Counted from the stretch's first letter, positions 49,255 through 63,616 are shown. The stretch: 64,000 nucleotides of DNA from Podarcis tiliguerta (GCA_965153285.1 OZ229120.1), one strand, 5' to 3'. Program-made: numbers and translations. The notes: generated from the sequence alone by a model not told the origin.

Positions 49255-49503
49255 GGCCAGTGTGGTGTAGTGGTTAAGAGCGGTAGTCTCGTAATCTGGG
49301 GAACCTGGTTCGTGTCTCTGCTCCTCCACATGCAGCTGCTGGGTGACCTTGGGCCAGTCACACTTCTTTGAAGTCTCTCAGCCCCACTCACCTCACAGAG
49401 TGTTTGTTGTGGGGGAGGAAGGGAAAGGAGAATGTTAGCCGCTTTGAGACTCCTTCGGGCAGTGATAAAGCGGGATATCAAATCCAAACTCTCCTTCTTC
49501 TTC
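49255..49503 (+). mobile_element. tRNA/CORE-type SINE (Squam3-like)
   Basis: A box TGGTGTAGTGG, B-box-like GGTTCGTGTC, GGGTGACCTTGGGCCAGTCAC core, (TTC)n tail. Confidence 0.85.
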
Positions 49504-52338
49504 ATAAAACACAGGAGCTGCTCCTTATTTCAAAAAGGTTCAAGGTCTGTATCACATTACACAGAGGGAGCACCGTAAAATATAGGTATGGGTTGCTTGT
49601 GTACATCCCCACCCCACAGATTGTTATCTTTGCCAATTTGACAATGATCACCTGTTTAAGAGTTTGCTCCAACAGAAAATTAGACTGGAAGCCAGGGCAG
49701 GGTGGATCTGGAAACAAGCAAACCACATATTCAAGGCTAGCTGCTTTGCTAGTTCATTGCTGTGCCCAGTAAACAGAAATCCGAACTCAGCACCCTTCTT
49801 AAACCTGCTCCTCTGGGCATGCATTGCACTTGCTGGGTCGGAACCCTAGCAGGCACTGTGATATCTGATGAATTGTATTCCAATTCATTCTGAGATACTG
49901 GAAATGGATTTAACGCGGCAATTAGAAAGAAAGCAGTGTGTGCACAGTCATTTCCAAGTCAACTAAATGAAAAAGAGAGAGAAAGCCTTAAAATGTACAG
50001 AAACTGCATTACTAATATGCATATAGAATGTGCTTGTGTGTGTGAGAGAGACAGAGAGCGAGAGAGAATCTTATGCTGAAATTATATTTGCAGCAAAAAG
50101 AAATAACTATTAAAATCATTTACAAAGGAAAAAAAAAGTAACGGAAGAGAATCTTGATTGTGCTTTACACAGAGATTGTTCTTTACTCAGACTCAGCACT
50201 AATACAGTCTTGGCTCCTAAATTACTTCTAAAATTGTCTTCTGCCTGATAATGGAATTGCTGTGCAAATATTGCTTATTACATAAAATTAGAGCTATTAT
50301 ACAGCCCTGTACGGTTCTGGACTAATCTATAAAAGGGTTTAGTGTCCGTGTATGTCAGAGCAGATTCTGCCCTCTGGTGCCCTGAGGGCTGCTGTGCTAC
50401 AGAACTAGCCAGGCACACACTGACACAAAGAATAAAAAGCTGATGCTAGATTCAGTGGAAACTCTGGTCACAGGATACTGGTAAGATCTCCTGCAAAAAC
50501 CTGTTCAAAATGAATGGGAGGAGCTGTACATAAGTACTCCAATTCACTTTAATGAGACTCGCCAAGGAGAACGTCCTACTGGGGATAATGCTCTGCATAT
50601 ATGTATTCTGTATATGTTCTGATGAAACAGAAAAGCAAATCACTGGAAACTGATTTTTTCCTTTTCTTTCTAAAGAAGACTTTTCAGCATGCAAAAATAC
50701 TTCTGGGCAAAAAAAATACATTTGGGTATGAGCAGTTTGGGAAAGGCAATTGATCAAATGATATTCAATCACAATAATACAATTCAATACATTACAGATG
50801 TTTCTGGGTGTTCTAGACTGGAGCATCAAAAAAAGGATGCCATATCTGTTATGTAAGGAAAATGAATTGGGAAAACACAAACCACAAGATGATTTTATCC
50901 TGTCCTGATTTTTATTATATGCAATCAAAATAATCACAGTCTTCTCAAATGTTATCTTGGATAGCATGTAAAATACTCCATTAGTAGGTGTCTGTACCAT
51001 AAAGCTATCCTTTTGCACACATTTTTAGTATTACAATGTACCTGATTCGGGGATAATGCATAAAACCTGGAAAACAAGCACTGGTGAATGATGCTCTTTA
51101 AATTGCATCCAAAATATGTGGCGGTTTGAGGGGGGAAATGATTAGGCTTAGAGATTTCCTTCTTGCCTTTTTCCTTCTGATGATAGCAAAGTCTCTTTTC
51201 TTTTAAAATGAAGCCTGTAAAAGAAATATGTCCCATTGTACAGATTTTTCTAGTGGTATCTGGCTGGGGAAAAATATATATCTGGTTGTAAATGACAGTT
51301 TTGTGTAGTACTACAGGCCTTCTCGTGTTGACTGCGAAACCATCTTCTGTTCTCTGTAAAATGTTTTGCTCCCTTATCAGGAATCGTATTTCCTTCTTCT
51401 GACTTCATTCTTCAAGAGGATCGCTAGGTAAACTATGCTCAAAGGAGACAGAGAGAAAAAGAGAGTGCCCACTGGTTGAACAGGTGAAAAAACTCAGTAT
51501 CTTTCTTCCAATCAGGAAACAATGTTTGAATAGACAATCAGGAGACAGAATTCAGACATACTTTCAAAATGCTGCTACTCATTTTAATTAAGTCTGAATG
51601 GGAGGGGCTGCCAGTGGATTGTGGTCCAGGATTATTCTAATTTTCAGTTTGTGTATTCCATATGACACCTGGAATATAAAACATCCCAGGAATATACAAC
51701 CTCCCATGTAGCAAATTTTCAGCGCATGTTTTTATATATACAAGCAGCACATGCTTGTATATATTTGCTTCTCAATAGCATTTTTTAAAAAGAAAAACTT
51801 AAAATGTTTTTGAAATGCAAGGTCAAGCTGAATTAAATTCTCCTCCATCTCCAGACTTTGCTACCGTATAACCTTTTAAAGGAAAAAGCAGTATTCGAAC
51901 TTTTAGATTAATCTGCACAGGTCTCAAAGTGCTTTGGATAAACAACAACAAATATACATAATCATTTTTGTCTCATGACAGCCTAAAGCAGCAATACGTT
52001 AAACTTAACTGCTTCTCTTCATGTCAAGGAGAGTCGGAGTCAATAACAAGTCTCCATTTCAAGCAGACGCAGGAGCCAGAACAAAAGGCCTTAATGAAAT
52101 GATCTGTTTACAAAATGCTAAGTGAGGGTCTGCTGTAAGGAAACTGCATTAAATCCAAATTTGGCTTCCTAAATGTAGTTTCAGAACACTCTCTTACAGG
52201 CTCTGTGATACATTTGTAAATGAAATTGATTTTAATGGTTTTTAAAAAAATTAAAATTATTTTTTTTAATGTTGAATTGCCATCTCCCCATACCCATGCA
52301 CCCTCAAACTTTGGCAAGGCATTTCCAAATAGCCAGGG

Positions 52339-52563
52339 NNNNNNNNNNNNNNNNNNNNNNNNNNNNNNNNNNNNNNNNNNNNNNNNNNNNNNNNNNNNNN
52401 NNNNNNNNNNNNNNNNNNNNNNNNNNNNNNNNNNNNNNNNNNNNNNNNNNNNNNNNNNNNNNNNNNNNNNNNNNNNNNNNNNNNNNNNNNNNNNNNNNNN
52501 NNNNNNNNNNNNNNNNNNNNNNNNNNNNNNNNNNNNNNNNNNNNNNNNNNNNNNNNNNNNNNN
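52339..52563. other. Assembly gap
   Basis: N run. Confidence 1.
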
Positions 52564-53041
52564 NGAAAAAAATGATGTAGAAACAAACCAATAATCTCTT
52601 ATTTGCCCCTAAATGAGAGCTATACTCTTTTTTCTAGTGTAGACATATCATTTTGTACAAGCCTCCAAACCCTCAGGGAACAAGGCCCACAATGTAGGCT
52701 GCTCAATTCAAAGATCTTTAGCAATCAGTTTCCACAATAGAGCTCCTTATTTTATGCTGCTACATCATAAAAGTGCTTCTTTTGTTCCATTTCCATCCTT
52801 TAAAGGGTCTTAATCCCTTTCTTTTCAGGCCAGGCGATGGCAAATTCCACAGGGACACCCCATTTGCCACAAGGACTGAGATGAACCACTCAGAAAGCAG
52901 CTCTGGGAAGATTCGAGCCCTTCTCCCACTCTCCAGAGAACATTAAATTGTACCGTTCACTCTCTGCACCATAGAGGAATCCCCCCTTAATGATGACGAG
53001 GAAAGAAACATTCCATTGCTGCGTCCTCCGATTCCATTTTA

Positions 53042-53051
53042 CTGTCAATCA
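53042..53051 (-). promoter_or_regulatory. Perfect PBX-MEIS/PREP decamer TGATTGACAG
   Basis: CTGTCAATCA on plus strand within a TE-free block. Confidence 0.4.
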
Positions 53052-53587
53052 AGCCTCTCCCTGGTCAGAAGTTCAAACACGGCATCCAGCTGGATTGGAA
53101 ATGGAGAGGCAACGCACCTGCAGACTCACATTCCGAAACCAAATTAAGCCATCTGCGAATCTTTTCTATATACTAGTCACTAAATACATGGGAGCTTTTA
53201 AGGTCCGCCATGACTCGAATGCAAATGTGCTTCAGTGAGAGCACAGCTAATCTCGTGGCAACTTAACTGACCCAGTTTGGGAAAATGACAGCTGAATTTC
53301 AAATGAGAATAAGGTTACAGGCCAGTTTCCACACTTTGATTATTGATTACTACATAGAAACATTATATATCAGAAAGAGAGACTCTGCAACCATTTGTGG
53401 TTGGAAGAGGGGCATTGCATAAGCATCATCCATTATCCTCTCTTCACCCTCCCAATGACCCCACCTGTACTATTGGTCCTTCAAACAACAGATGTTGAAC
53501 CACCTTCTAGAAGAATCCACTGGTAGCTGCTGGCTTTGGGGAGGAGTATGGGATGGTGGGCAGCTTTCTCTCCAGGGGTTTTATGTG

Positions 53588-53745
53588 CAATACAATGCTG
53601 TGCACTTTTACTCAGGAGTAAGTCCCACAGTGTTTAATGGGGATTACTCCTTAGCAGGTATGTTTAGGTTTAAAGGCTAACAGTGTAATCCTATACATAT
53701 CAATTTTGTAGCAAGTCTTTTTGAGTTTAATGGAACTTATTGAGC
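53588..53745. repeat. Short palindromic squamate repeat(s)
   Basis: TTACTCAGGAGTAAGTCCCAC...AATGGGGATTACT plus an adjacent partial copy AATCCTATACAT. Confidence 0.55.
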
Positions 53746-55127
53746 TGAATGGAGTCTGTTTTAATTGTTTGCAAATAGGTATGTGAAAACATTGTTATAG
53801 TTGAGGTAATTTTAATCTGTTTTAGTATTTCAGCTTTTGTATATATGGCTATTATTTCTCGATTGTATTGTTGTATCTTTTTGTAAACTGCTTTGAGTGT
53901 TGTTGTTTTTACACTCAAGGGGTGTATAAATTTTATGAAATAAATAAATAACCTAGAAGCCACCGTCTCTTTTGTCTTCTGTTGCTAGTTCAGAATACAG
54001 AATGCCTGTCAGGGTGTAAAGTGTAACATAAGCATGCACTTTGTATTCAGTTTGAAACATGAAGGGAATATACCACTTTTGTGCAAAGCAAAAAGCCCCT
54101 GACATTCCCGGAACAACAGGGCCCAGCAAAAGCTTCTTCCTCTGTTTGCTGCTTGTTGCGGATGAATTAACACCGCTCTTCTCAAGACACTCAGTTTTAA
54201 AATACCAGCGAGTCTTTGGAAAAGGGGTCCTTGCAGAGGACATGAAAATGCTTGCCACTTTGTGTGATCAGGTGCCTTCCTCTAGCATTTAGGCTAAAAG
54301 AAACGGAGACAGGGAGAGAGGCAACACTACAGTTACTAGTGTGGTGGGAGCCTGTTATTGAAACCTAATGCTGTGCTGGCTGCAGCACTTAGGAGAGTTT
54401 TGAAAGTTTTGGTGCGGTTTGTTGGTGTCTCGCTTTGGAGCAGCCTCCCTCCTTCTTCGCCCTCTGTTCTGGCTCCAGCTAGCTGGCTGCCTGGAAGACT
54501 GGGAACAAGAGAGCGAACAGGCTTGAATGGAAAAAGTAAACATTGCCAACAAAGAGTATAATTGAAAGGGGTTTTGTGAACAAGGGGTGGTGCCGCAGAA
54601 GAGAATGGCGGAGGGTGGGGCTGCTTGGGGATCTTTTGTTTCCTCTCACAGTGGTGCAGCCTATACTATTCCATTGTGAGCTATGCAGGAATTTACCACC
54701 ACAGAAACAAGCTAATAGCCACCCCCTACCAATACGTCTAAACTATATGGCTTAAATATTTATAGGTATTATGTTTCTGTTTTTATTAATTAGGACCACT
54801 TCCAATTCGAGGTCTATTTTCTTTATGCACACTTAAATAAATGTATTTTCCTTTTTTTTTTTCCAGAATCAAGGACATTCTTTTAATGATAAGTGGTCAT
54901 AAAAAGCTGTTTTTATGCCAAATATATGATGCCTGCGATTAAATCTTTTATTCTTCAGCAACAACTTGAGAAAATACAACAGGCTTGTCCACTGGGAATG
55001 TAGATGTTCATCTGAAAGCCACAGTGCAAATTTTACCCATTGGAGCAAATTACCCATTTTTTACACCTGTTTTCTTAGCTACGAATGCCGATTCTACTAC
55101 AGAGATATAACCATACAGGCTACTTAA

Positions 55128-55580
55128 ATTTATTTATTTGCATATTATAAAAGGGATTTCCAGGCCACCATTTAGTCATGCCCTTACAATGAGGCCTCCA
55201 ATATAGAAAACACAATACATCAGTGAAATCAAAATGTATCAAAATGCCACAAAACACTAGCGTCTGCAAGCAATAAAATTATCAACAATAACAACCTGCA
55301 GAAAAACCTTTTAAAAAGTTAAAACTATTTCTAGTTAATGTAAAACCAATTTACATTTGGTAGTCAATATCTGTCTTAACAGAAAGCAACTGTTTGAAGT
55401 CCTGAATTGATAGGACCACATATATTTTCATTAATACTGTAATTCCACAAACATGGAGCCATAACCAAAAAGGTCCTGTCCCTCATGCCTGCCCATCTAA
55501 TTATTCTCAGGGGTGTGCACAGAAACTGGGTCTCCAGGATTGACCTCAAAGCAGAGGCAGGTTCATATAGGTGAATGACT
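55128..55580 (-). mobile_element. Old L2-like 3' fragment
   Basis: TTATTTATTT tail, A-rich UTR on plus strand, decayed ORF-end-like motifs. Confidence 0.4.
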
Positions 55581-56149
55581 AAGCAGTTTCACGCTTATTG
55601 CCTGCATGAGAAGTTCTCATCTCATCTCAACACCTTCTCAGGAAACCACATTTGGAAATAATAGGTAGCATTCAACAAACATAAAAAGCTTTGAACAGTA
55701 TTATTATTTGCCCACATAAGCTAACTGAAATGGTATAATCTGTAAATATTTTTGTACAACGAATTTGTAAAGTGAATATAACTAGCTCAAATTAGATCTC
55801 TATAAAAATGCAGACAGTTTGCCATTTCCAGTCACATTGGTCATTTATGTATTTCTAAAGTTAAATCCTGCACCAAGGAAGACTGCTGAAGAAGAATCAC
55901 TGCTTTCATATAGGCTCAGATCACGAAATATCAGTTCCCAGAGATTTCGCCATATTACAGCTCATGCAGTAGTTTATAACCTGATAGTTTGGCACTTTTA
56001 AGCCTAGCTGCCTGGAGAATACTCTTTTGGGAAGAAGAAAGGAGCAACTCTCCAATGCCTGAGGCTTTTTAGTTTGGGGGGAAAAGTTAGAGGAGGACGT
56101 GATTGAAGGGAATAATATTATTCATGGTGTTGGAGAAGTAGGCAGGGAA

Positions 56150-56440
56150 CTCCAGGTCATCCAATGAAGCTCATGGTGGAAGAACCAGGACAAGAGAACA
56201 TACTTATTGACACAACACACAGTTAAACTATCAAATCCTCTACCACAAGATGGTAGAATTAGACAAATTCACAAGTAAGATTATCATGGCTACTTGTCAT
56301 TATATCTGAAAACTACCTCCAGACCAGAGGCATACAAGGTTTTGGGGAAGCACAGCAGGAGAGGCTTGTTGTACTCATGGATCTGGTTGGCCACTGTGGG
56401 AAACTGGGATCCTAGACTAAATAGAGCTTTTGTCTGATAG
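56150..56440 (+). mobile_element. Old CR1 3' fragment
   Basis: GGTCATCCAATGAAGCT, CACAGTTAAACTAT, ATTAGACAAATTCA, ATCTGGTTGGCCACTGTGGGAAAC. Confidence 0.7.
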
Positions 56441-58163
56441 GCAGTCCCTGATAGGTAAATTATTATGTTGGGTAGTCCATTGTCGCTACATTACAAAAAA
56501 AAAAAAAAAAATGTTTCCACATATCTCTATAGGAGTACAAATCTGCTTAATTTAGCTCCAGCTACTTCATCGTCACGGGACCGTGGACTCGGATTCAGAA
56601 TTAGGTTTTTTTGCAATAAGCATATATGACCAGACTAGGAATAATATTAATACTAATACCGACAACAACAATCTGTTAACATGCTGATTGAAATCCCTCT
56701 GCCACATGCAAAAAATAAAATAAAAATTACTATTTATGTTTGATGAAATAATTAGAAAAAATGAGAATGAAGATAGCTGTACAAAAACTGAAAAGGGACC
56801 ATATCCAACTCAGTCAGCTTTTAATATACTATAGATACAGGATCCCTTAGCTGAATGTTGAACAAAGTTAACACTGAACCAGTTAAACAGAAAGCAAATC
56901 CTGCTGTTTACTCACAGGTGAGGTGTGATTCACATAGGACGACTTGTCTGAGTAAGATGACCAGAATGCCTCTTGTTGGCTGCTGTCCATTTCTATCTAA
57001 AAATTAAGCAATGATGACTTATTTTCAACAGAGAAGCTGAAAAAAATTGAGAGAGCTGCAACCTTCGCACTCTTGAGTAAATATCGCAAAGCATCTTTTT
57101 TGCTTCTGAAACATAAACCACTGTCATAATGACCATCTGCTGGCTGTAGGTTTCTAGCACACCCTGACCTATGACATTTATGACAAATTACACACCAAAG
57201 TGCAAGAGACGGCTTGTTAAAATGAAGCCCGAGGCCCACAAGTTCGTGAACACTCTTGTCTTTAAAAGCATGGGTTAAACATGAACAAGAAGCAGTTTGG
57301 ACAGAAAACAGACATGGCAATGGCTAAAAGGAAATGAAATCCTAATCCTCTAACCCTTTGACTTTTTGCAGCTTGCTGTGTGCAGCAATGTGCTTTCAAC
57401 CATTAAACTACCTTAACCTTCTGAAGAGCCAAATCAGTTCAAATTGCCTGCAAATTTGCACATCGCCACACAAGACTTGGCTGATTCCTGTTTGAAAATT
57501 GCATGGAGGACAGGCACTTAATGTAATAATTTCCAACAAACAAAATGTGTTCTTCATTGTCATGCACCCCTCCCTCGTACACATGCTTAAGAAGGGTGTC
57601 ACGTACAACTGATGTGAAGAAACACTTTTCAAAGTCATAAAGTGAGGTGGGAAAAACACAACAACAAACAAACCTTAGCAGTGGCAACTTGATAGAGCTC
57701 TGTCGAAACCCCCACCTCCCCTCAAATTGGCTAATGTGCAAAGACATTTAAACACAGCTACATTTTAAAATTATTTTTCTTCTGGCTCTTTATAACAGCC
57801 AGGTCTGGCACAGGCCCCTGGGTGCTCCCTGCCACAGCATGCTGGTGCCCCCATGTAGCTTCCCCTCCTCTCTCCATCTCCTATTTATTTCCACTGGAAA
57901 TGAGGGTCGGGGCCTATCGGAAGAGGATGGCCATAATGGTGTTCACAGTTGCACCTTTCTGGTGAGTGCCAGGCAACCACTACTGTCAATGTCCACAAGG
58001 TACCAGAGCAACTTTGCACACTCCAGGATATTGTGAGCAGTGGCAGTGGCAGGAGCCTAGTGCTTGTTGGAGTGTTGGAAATGGGGGTCTAGGGCAATGG
58101 ACCCCTGGCAGCTGCCCAAGGGTGTCAATTTTTGGCACCTGGCTTGATTGCATTGGGTGTTTC

Positions 58164-58474
58164 CAGTGCTGGATTTATGTATAAGTTAAACAAGCTCTAG
58201 CTTAGGGCCCCACTCTCTTATTAGGATTGAAAGGGGGAAAAAACCTGGATGTACATTTCCAAAATATAAGAGAAAAAACAAATAAAATAAAACCTACCTA
58301 CAGCAACAGTGTTTTCTGTTGTGTATGGACCTATTATGTCCATAAATTACCATATAGCATATATTCAACATAAAAAACAGCAGCAATTTGTTGTTGACAA
58401 AGGACAGCTGGACATATAAAGGGCCCCATTACCTTCAGTAGCTTAGGGCCTCATCAAACCTAAATCCGGCCCTG
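58164..58474 (-). mobile_element. hAT MITE family H, copy 3 (internally deleted)
   Basis: Reverse complement of 48731-49204 lacking the middle; perfect TSD GGTGTTTC. Confidence 0.92.
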
Positions 58475-60131
58475 GGTGTTTCTTATGCCAATATAGGCAG
58501 TTGGGCATTTATTTTAGATGGGTTACAATCTCTCATCTGAACAGTAGGCAAATAAACTACAAGTTTTCAAGATACTTGCCTCGTAGCTTTCTAGGGAGCA
58601 AAGATTTCTTCTGGACATGTGTTGAGGTAATGTGGTCACAAGAAGCTAGGCAAAAGGAAAAGACTTGAAAGCAGTTTTCGTCATGTGCATACCAATATTC
58701 CAACAAGTGAATATTTTCATAATTTACACTGCCTGGATATCTGCACTTATTGATCTAAATCACAAATTACATGTGTCCTCAGTAACTCAAGTCCAGATCA
58801 AACGTTTAGCCTACTTTTTCAGGCATTCTGCTCATGTGTGTACTAGTGCTCATGTGCACTAGTAGTAATCCTTGTGTGAGCATAATTATTTAGTTAAAGA
58901 CCAGTCATTGTTGGTTTTCAGCACTGCATCAATATTTTCAGATTATTTCTAATATCTGTGGCAGTTAGGGTAAAATGTGTATATAAACTACATGTACAGG
59001 TGGTGACAATTTTAGGTGCATCCAATTGCTAATGCACAGGTTCTTTTGGTCCCATAAGAAGGTAGAATGGGGGCAGAACAGGGGTGGGGTGGAACATGGT
59101 GGTGTACACGTAGATGCCCTCCAGGAAGAGATACTTTCACATGCTTGGAAGTAAGATAATCACAACCCAAACAATGGATTCCACCTATAAGAATTTTGCT
59201 AATTTTTTCTCTCCCCTTTGATAATTTTCACATGCAGTTTCTTTCCTCATTAACTGATGGACATTGGTTGGCTGCAATGGGTGGGTTGGTGAGGAAGGAT
59301 GTGGCAGAAATTCCCAGTGCAGCGCTAATGTGCTATGCTGCAAAGCACTGGAGAGGACCCTGTCGAGTCTACATTCTTATCTGAGAAGCTTTTACTGTTG
59401 TGTCATCCAGATGTCCCATCAATATTATGACTTCCTCTGGGAGCTTCTCAACAGGGGGGAATTCAGGTAGTGCTAATCTGCTCAGGGGATCAGCAGCCAG
59501 ACTGTTTTCTAGCTTGTAGGCTATGTTATATTCATCTGCAGTTGCTCCCAAAGCCTGCTGTTGTAGTCATGCTGTTGCTGCCATTGGTACTGCTCTGTTT
59601 TCATTGAGTTGCAAAGTAACAACTGGTGTTTTCTTCCCATAGTGAAAAGATTCCCCTCAGATGCCTGTGGAATTTCTTAAAGCCAAATATGATGGCTAGG
59701 GTCTCTCACTTGTGAGCAATCCCATTCTCCTTCTATTTAGTGCTCCTGAGCTGGATCCAATAGGCCATTCTTCCTAACTCTCTAGTTTATAACCTTTTAG
59801 TCAGTGTGATAAAGCACCTCAGGAACGGATTAATTCTTTTCTGGGCTAAAAATGAACCACAGGCTTTGAGTATTTGGAAAAAAGTCTTTGATCTTCAGAA
59901 TGCTGCTTTTTTTGTCTGTTCTGCCAGCAACATAAAGTTTCCTTTCTCAAGAGAAGTTCTAAAAGTCTTGATGGATTTGGAATTACGTAGTGACAATAAT
60001 TTAGCCTATTTAAGAGCAGGTATCAGAATTGTCTGCTCATGGTCCATGACATTTTCCTATATGTGGAATCCTATTGAACTCAAATGTTAAAAAATGAACC
60101 ATTTATGTGAATATATGCATAGCTGTGCTAT

Positions 60132-60376
60132 CAGTAGGAGACAGAGTGGTGGGCTCTGTTGGTTGCATTGCTGCTGCTTACTGGGAGATAGAGAAGGAGG
60201 GGCGAGGTGACAGCAAAGTTGGTGTGGTGCAAATACACTAATGGGAGTGCCAAATTGGCTGTGCCAGTGTGTCTACACCATGACAGTGCCTTGCCTTCAC
60301 TTCCAATACGCAACAGCATGATCAACCAGAGGTCAAGTGAGTTGTGCCACCACACCACACACCCCATCCACTACTG
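60132..60376. mobile_element. Old hAT-like non-autonomous element
   Basis: Termini CAGTAG / CTACTG, TSD 7/8 (TGTGCTAT / TGTGTTAT); internal similarity to the reverse complement of about 34600-34750. Confidence 0.55.
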
Positions 60377-63300
60377 TGTGTTATGGATATCTGTCCCATT
60401 AGTAAAGTCACTTAGGAACAGTTACGCTCCCTGTATTAAGGTACATTTGATCTGGGAAAGGGCAACAGAATCTTGTTGCTTGCTTCCTGGAACAAATATA
60501 AACCTTTACACAGCTTCCATTGCTGTTCTCCTTCGATATTACAAAAGTTCTTTGTAGTGATCTCAGTGAGAGACCAGTTATGTCCCAAGCTGCCAACACC
60601 ACCCTTTTCTAGAAAACTTGCTTTCTGTAGCATGCTCATAGAAACAATGATATCCCCTTAAATTTCGTAGTAATTAAAATGTTAATATGGAAGTGAAGTT
60701 TTGTGAATTTTCATAAAAGCTTTACATTTCCACATGCAAACACTAGATTCTGAAAGCCATCAGTCTCACAGCAGGAGCAAACATCTGCAAGACTGGATAG
60801 TGCTCTTAGAATATAGTGAATCAACAACAACAGAAAATATTGTGGGACCTGCCAGAAGGAGTTAACTGTGATTAATTGCTTTTTTACTCCTGTTCAGTTT
60901 CTTGATTTAGATTTCCGACTCAAGGAATTGTCAGCAGAAGACAATATATCCTCATTTATATTATATATCAGTAGTAAAACAGTACAGGATGCTATTAGGC
61001 AACTACATAGAACTGAAAGCGTTTTCCCGAGAAAGACCTTGTTTTGTTTGGCAGGATTCCACGACCTCCTACTGTTGACAAAACTAGCAGCAATTCCTAT
61101 TTGCAGTGCAGCAGAAGACGATCTTGCTCTACAGAAGCTGCTTCTTTGGAGCATTTACAGGATTTATCTCTAAATTAATATTTTTGTTGAACACACTCGC
61201 TATACACCTTACATAATCTTTAAATTATAGGAAGATGCTAGAAGGGTATTCTGAGCCTCAGCTGCTAGAGTAATGCTAGAGATTTATAGCTCTCTGAAGT
61301 CAACATTTGAAACTGACCTACAGCACACCAGGCCTGCTATTTCCCTTTCCTGATTCATGATAAGTGCAGCTGTCTCCAAATAACCCTCTAGAGTCCATTA
61401 ATGCCCAGTTCACCCCCTCATGGTAAATATATGCACATATCTAGGCCCATGTTTGAGTGCGCAGTTGCTAAACTGAACAGAAAATGAGATTTTTCTGGTT
61501 TTATCTCTTTTGAAAATACCAATATGGCTGTGATGATAAACATCTTTATATTTAGGTTTCTGACTAAATGTACAGTAATGTTAAATTAACAGCCATTGAT
61601 TGTATCTAGTGGTGGGTTTCATCTTGTGAAAAGCACTTTAACCCACGTAAAATGAGGCAGCCAATTTTTGCTGATCTTCCTCCTGCCTACACTACATGCT
61701 GCAGCCATTGCTGCCTAATATTTCCTACTGCTCCAGGCGGTCCCCCAAATCTCAAATTTCAGGAGGCACAGGGAGCCACAGGAGACATGGGGTTTGTTTC
61801 TGGCAAAAACCAGGTGCTGGTGTTTTCTGCTAGCACACAGCCACCACTGGATATACAGACAATTGACTAAATATGGTAAATTTATATCTCCCTTGCTTGA
61901 TGGATTTTTAATCTTCCCTTAGAACAGTCCCCGAACTTCTATGCTGTCTTGGTTACAAGCAGCACACGCAAGATGCAACTAATTAACAAAACCTTTCTAC
62001 AGGATAATGCAAAGGTAAATATTGAAAAGAGACAGGAAAGCGTGTGTTTTTTTAATGTCAGCAAACCCCACTCCTGCTTCCGTTTGGTTTTCATTAAGAA
62101 AATATACATTGTTTTGGACTTGGAAAAGTTATTAGTGGCATTAGATTGAGCAAAAAGCTTTGCCTTGCTGGAGATGAAGTCTTTGTTTAAACATCAGTGA
62201 TGGGGTTTTTTTGTGTGCCATTGTCTAATCTGTCAGATTAGATGAGCATGTGTATTTAGGGGTGCAAAGATGTGCTGCTACACCTGCTGTGCAAAGCTGC
62301 GAATTCACAACTCTTCTGACTATTAAAATGTGTTGTGCTGGAAGCTCTTTCATTGTAAAGGAACTGTTGGTGGTTGCATGTTTGAAGTGTCACAAGTGTC
62401 AGGCCTGATTACAATCATAATAATCACTCCAAAATAACCTCTTATTTTGACCGTTCAATGTTAATGTGTAAGAAATTAAAAGCCAGGTAGCTAATTGTTT
62501 TTTTTTCCTGAGCTGTTCAGTTGATTGTCTATTACATTCATCTACAATTAAAGAAGTGCCTTAAAATTATTTTAATGGAGACATTAATAGAATACATTCA
62601 CCTGAATCTTTTTTTAGAAAAAGGACAACAAGGCTTTCAAGTGGCATTTTAGCAAGTAACCAGTTTCCATTCAGAATTTAATCCTTTTGCATTATATAAC
62701 TTCTGGTTTTTAACAAGATTCTGTGCCAATGGTGTCCATTTTTATTTGCATTAAGTTTGCATAACTGTTCGTTTGACCCTACAAACTAATTTTTAATTTT
62801 TAGAGCGGCTATAACTATTTTATTCATTTATATAGCAGCATCAAAGAACCTGGTCCTTTGTAGACCAATGTAAGAGTAATGTACGGTAACATTTTTATTT
62901 CACAACCTAGATTCAGTTTTAGTTCTCAGCACAGAAATGATCCTTATTATTTTCACCTAGTTCAGATGCAAAGCTTTGTGTTTGCAGAGCATAGTTCAGT
63001 TTCTGATTTTGGTTTTATTTATCACTTTTTTGGGTGACATGAATGGAACCTATAAGTACCTATAAGTTATATAAGTAACTAGAAGTATATAACAAACAGT
63101 ATGCTTATTTTATTCAGCATGAAACTTATTTACCATCTTTCTAATCAAGGTAGAGAACAAAATAAGCAACAGTAGTGTTATAGAACTCTCTAAATATCTG
63201 AGTTAGGACTGCTATATTTTCTTCTTCTTTGATTTATGCTGTTATGTTTTCATATGCCTCGCTTTGAATACATTTTTTTTCTAAAAACAACAACATCTAA

Positions 63301-63616
63301 ATACAGAGAAATAACATATAGCCAAACTTAATGCTGTTCAAAAATACTGATCAAAGTGTGGCTGCTAATCTTTATAAAATTATGCATAGGAAGACCCACA
63401 TCTGTTGTTGCTTTCACAATGCTGATCAACTCGCCACAGAATGAATAGTCCTGAATCCTGATAGGTCTTTTAGGGACCTTAGACCTTTATGGCTTCATTA
63501 ATTCAGGGAGTGTGTGACAGTTCAGAGGTTTCTTAAACCAGCCATAACTTGCCTAAACAGACTGCCCATCTTACAGGCTCATTCTTATCAGGCCATAATT
63601 CCTATCCCTCCACGGA

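Noticed and set aside
49255-49330. tRNA-like sequence (also 40330-40396 and SINE heads)
   Set aside because: No complete cloverleaf; continues directly into SINE body and tail.
50619-50635. CTGATGA..GAAA hammerhead-like core
   Set aside because: No stem II and no flanking helices.
50452-51018. 188-aa minus-strand ORF
   Set aside because: No recognisable domain, composition typical of AT-rich non-coding DNA, no exon context.
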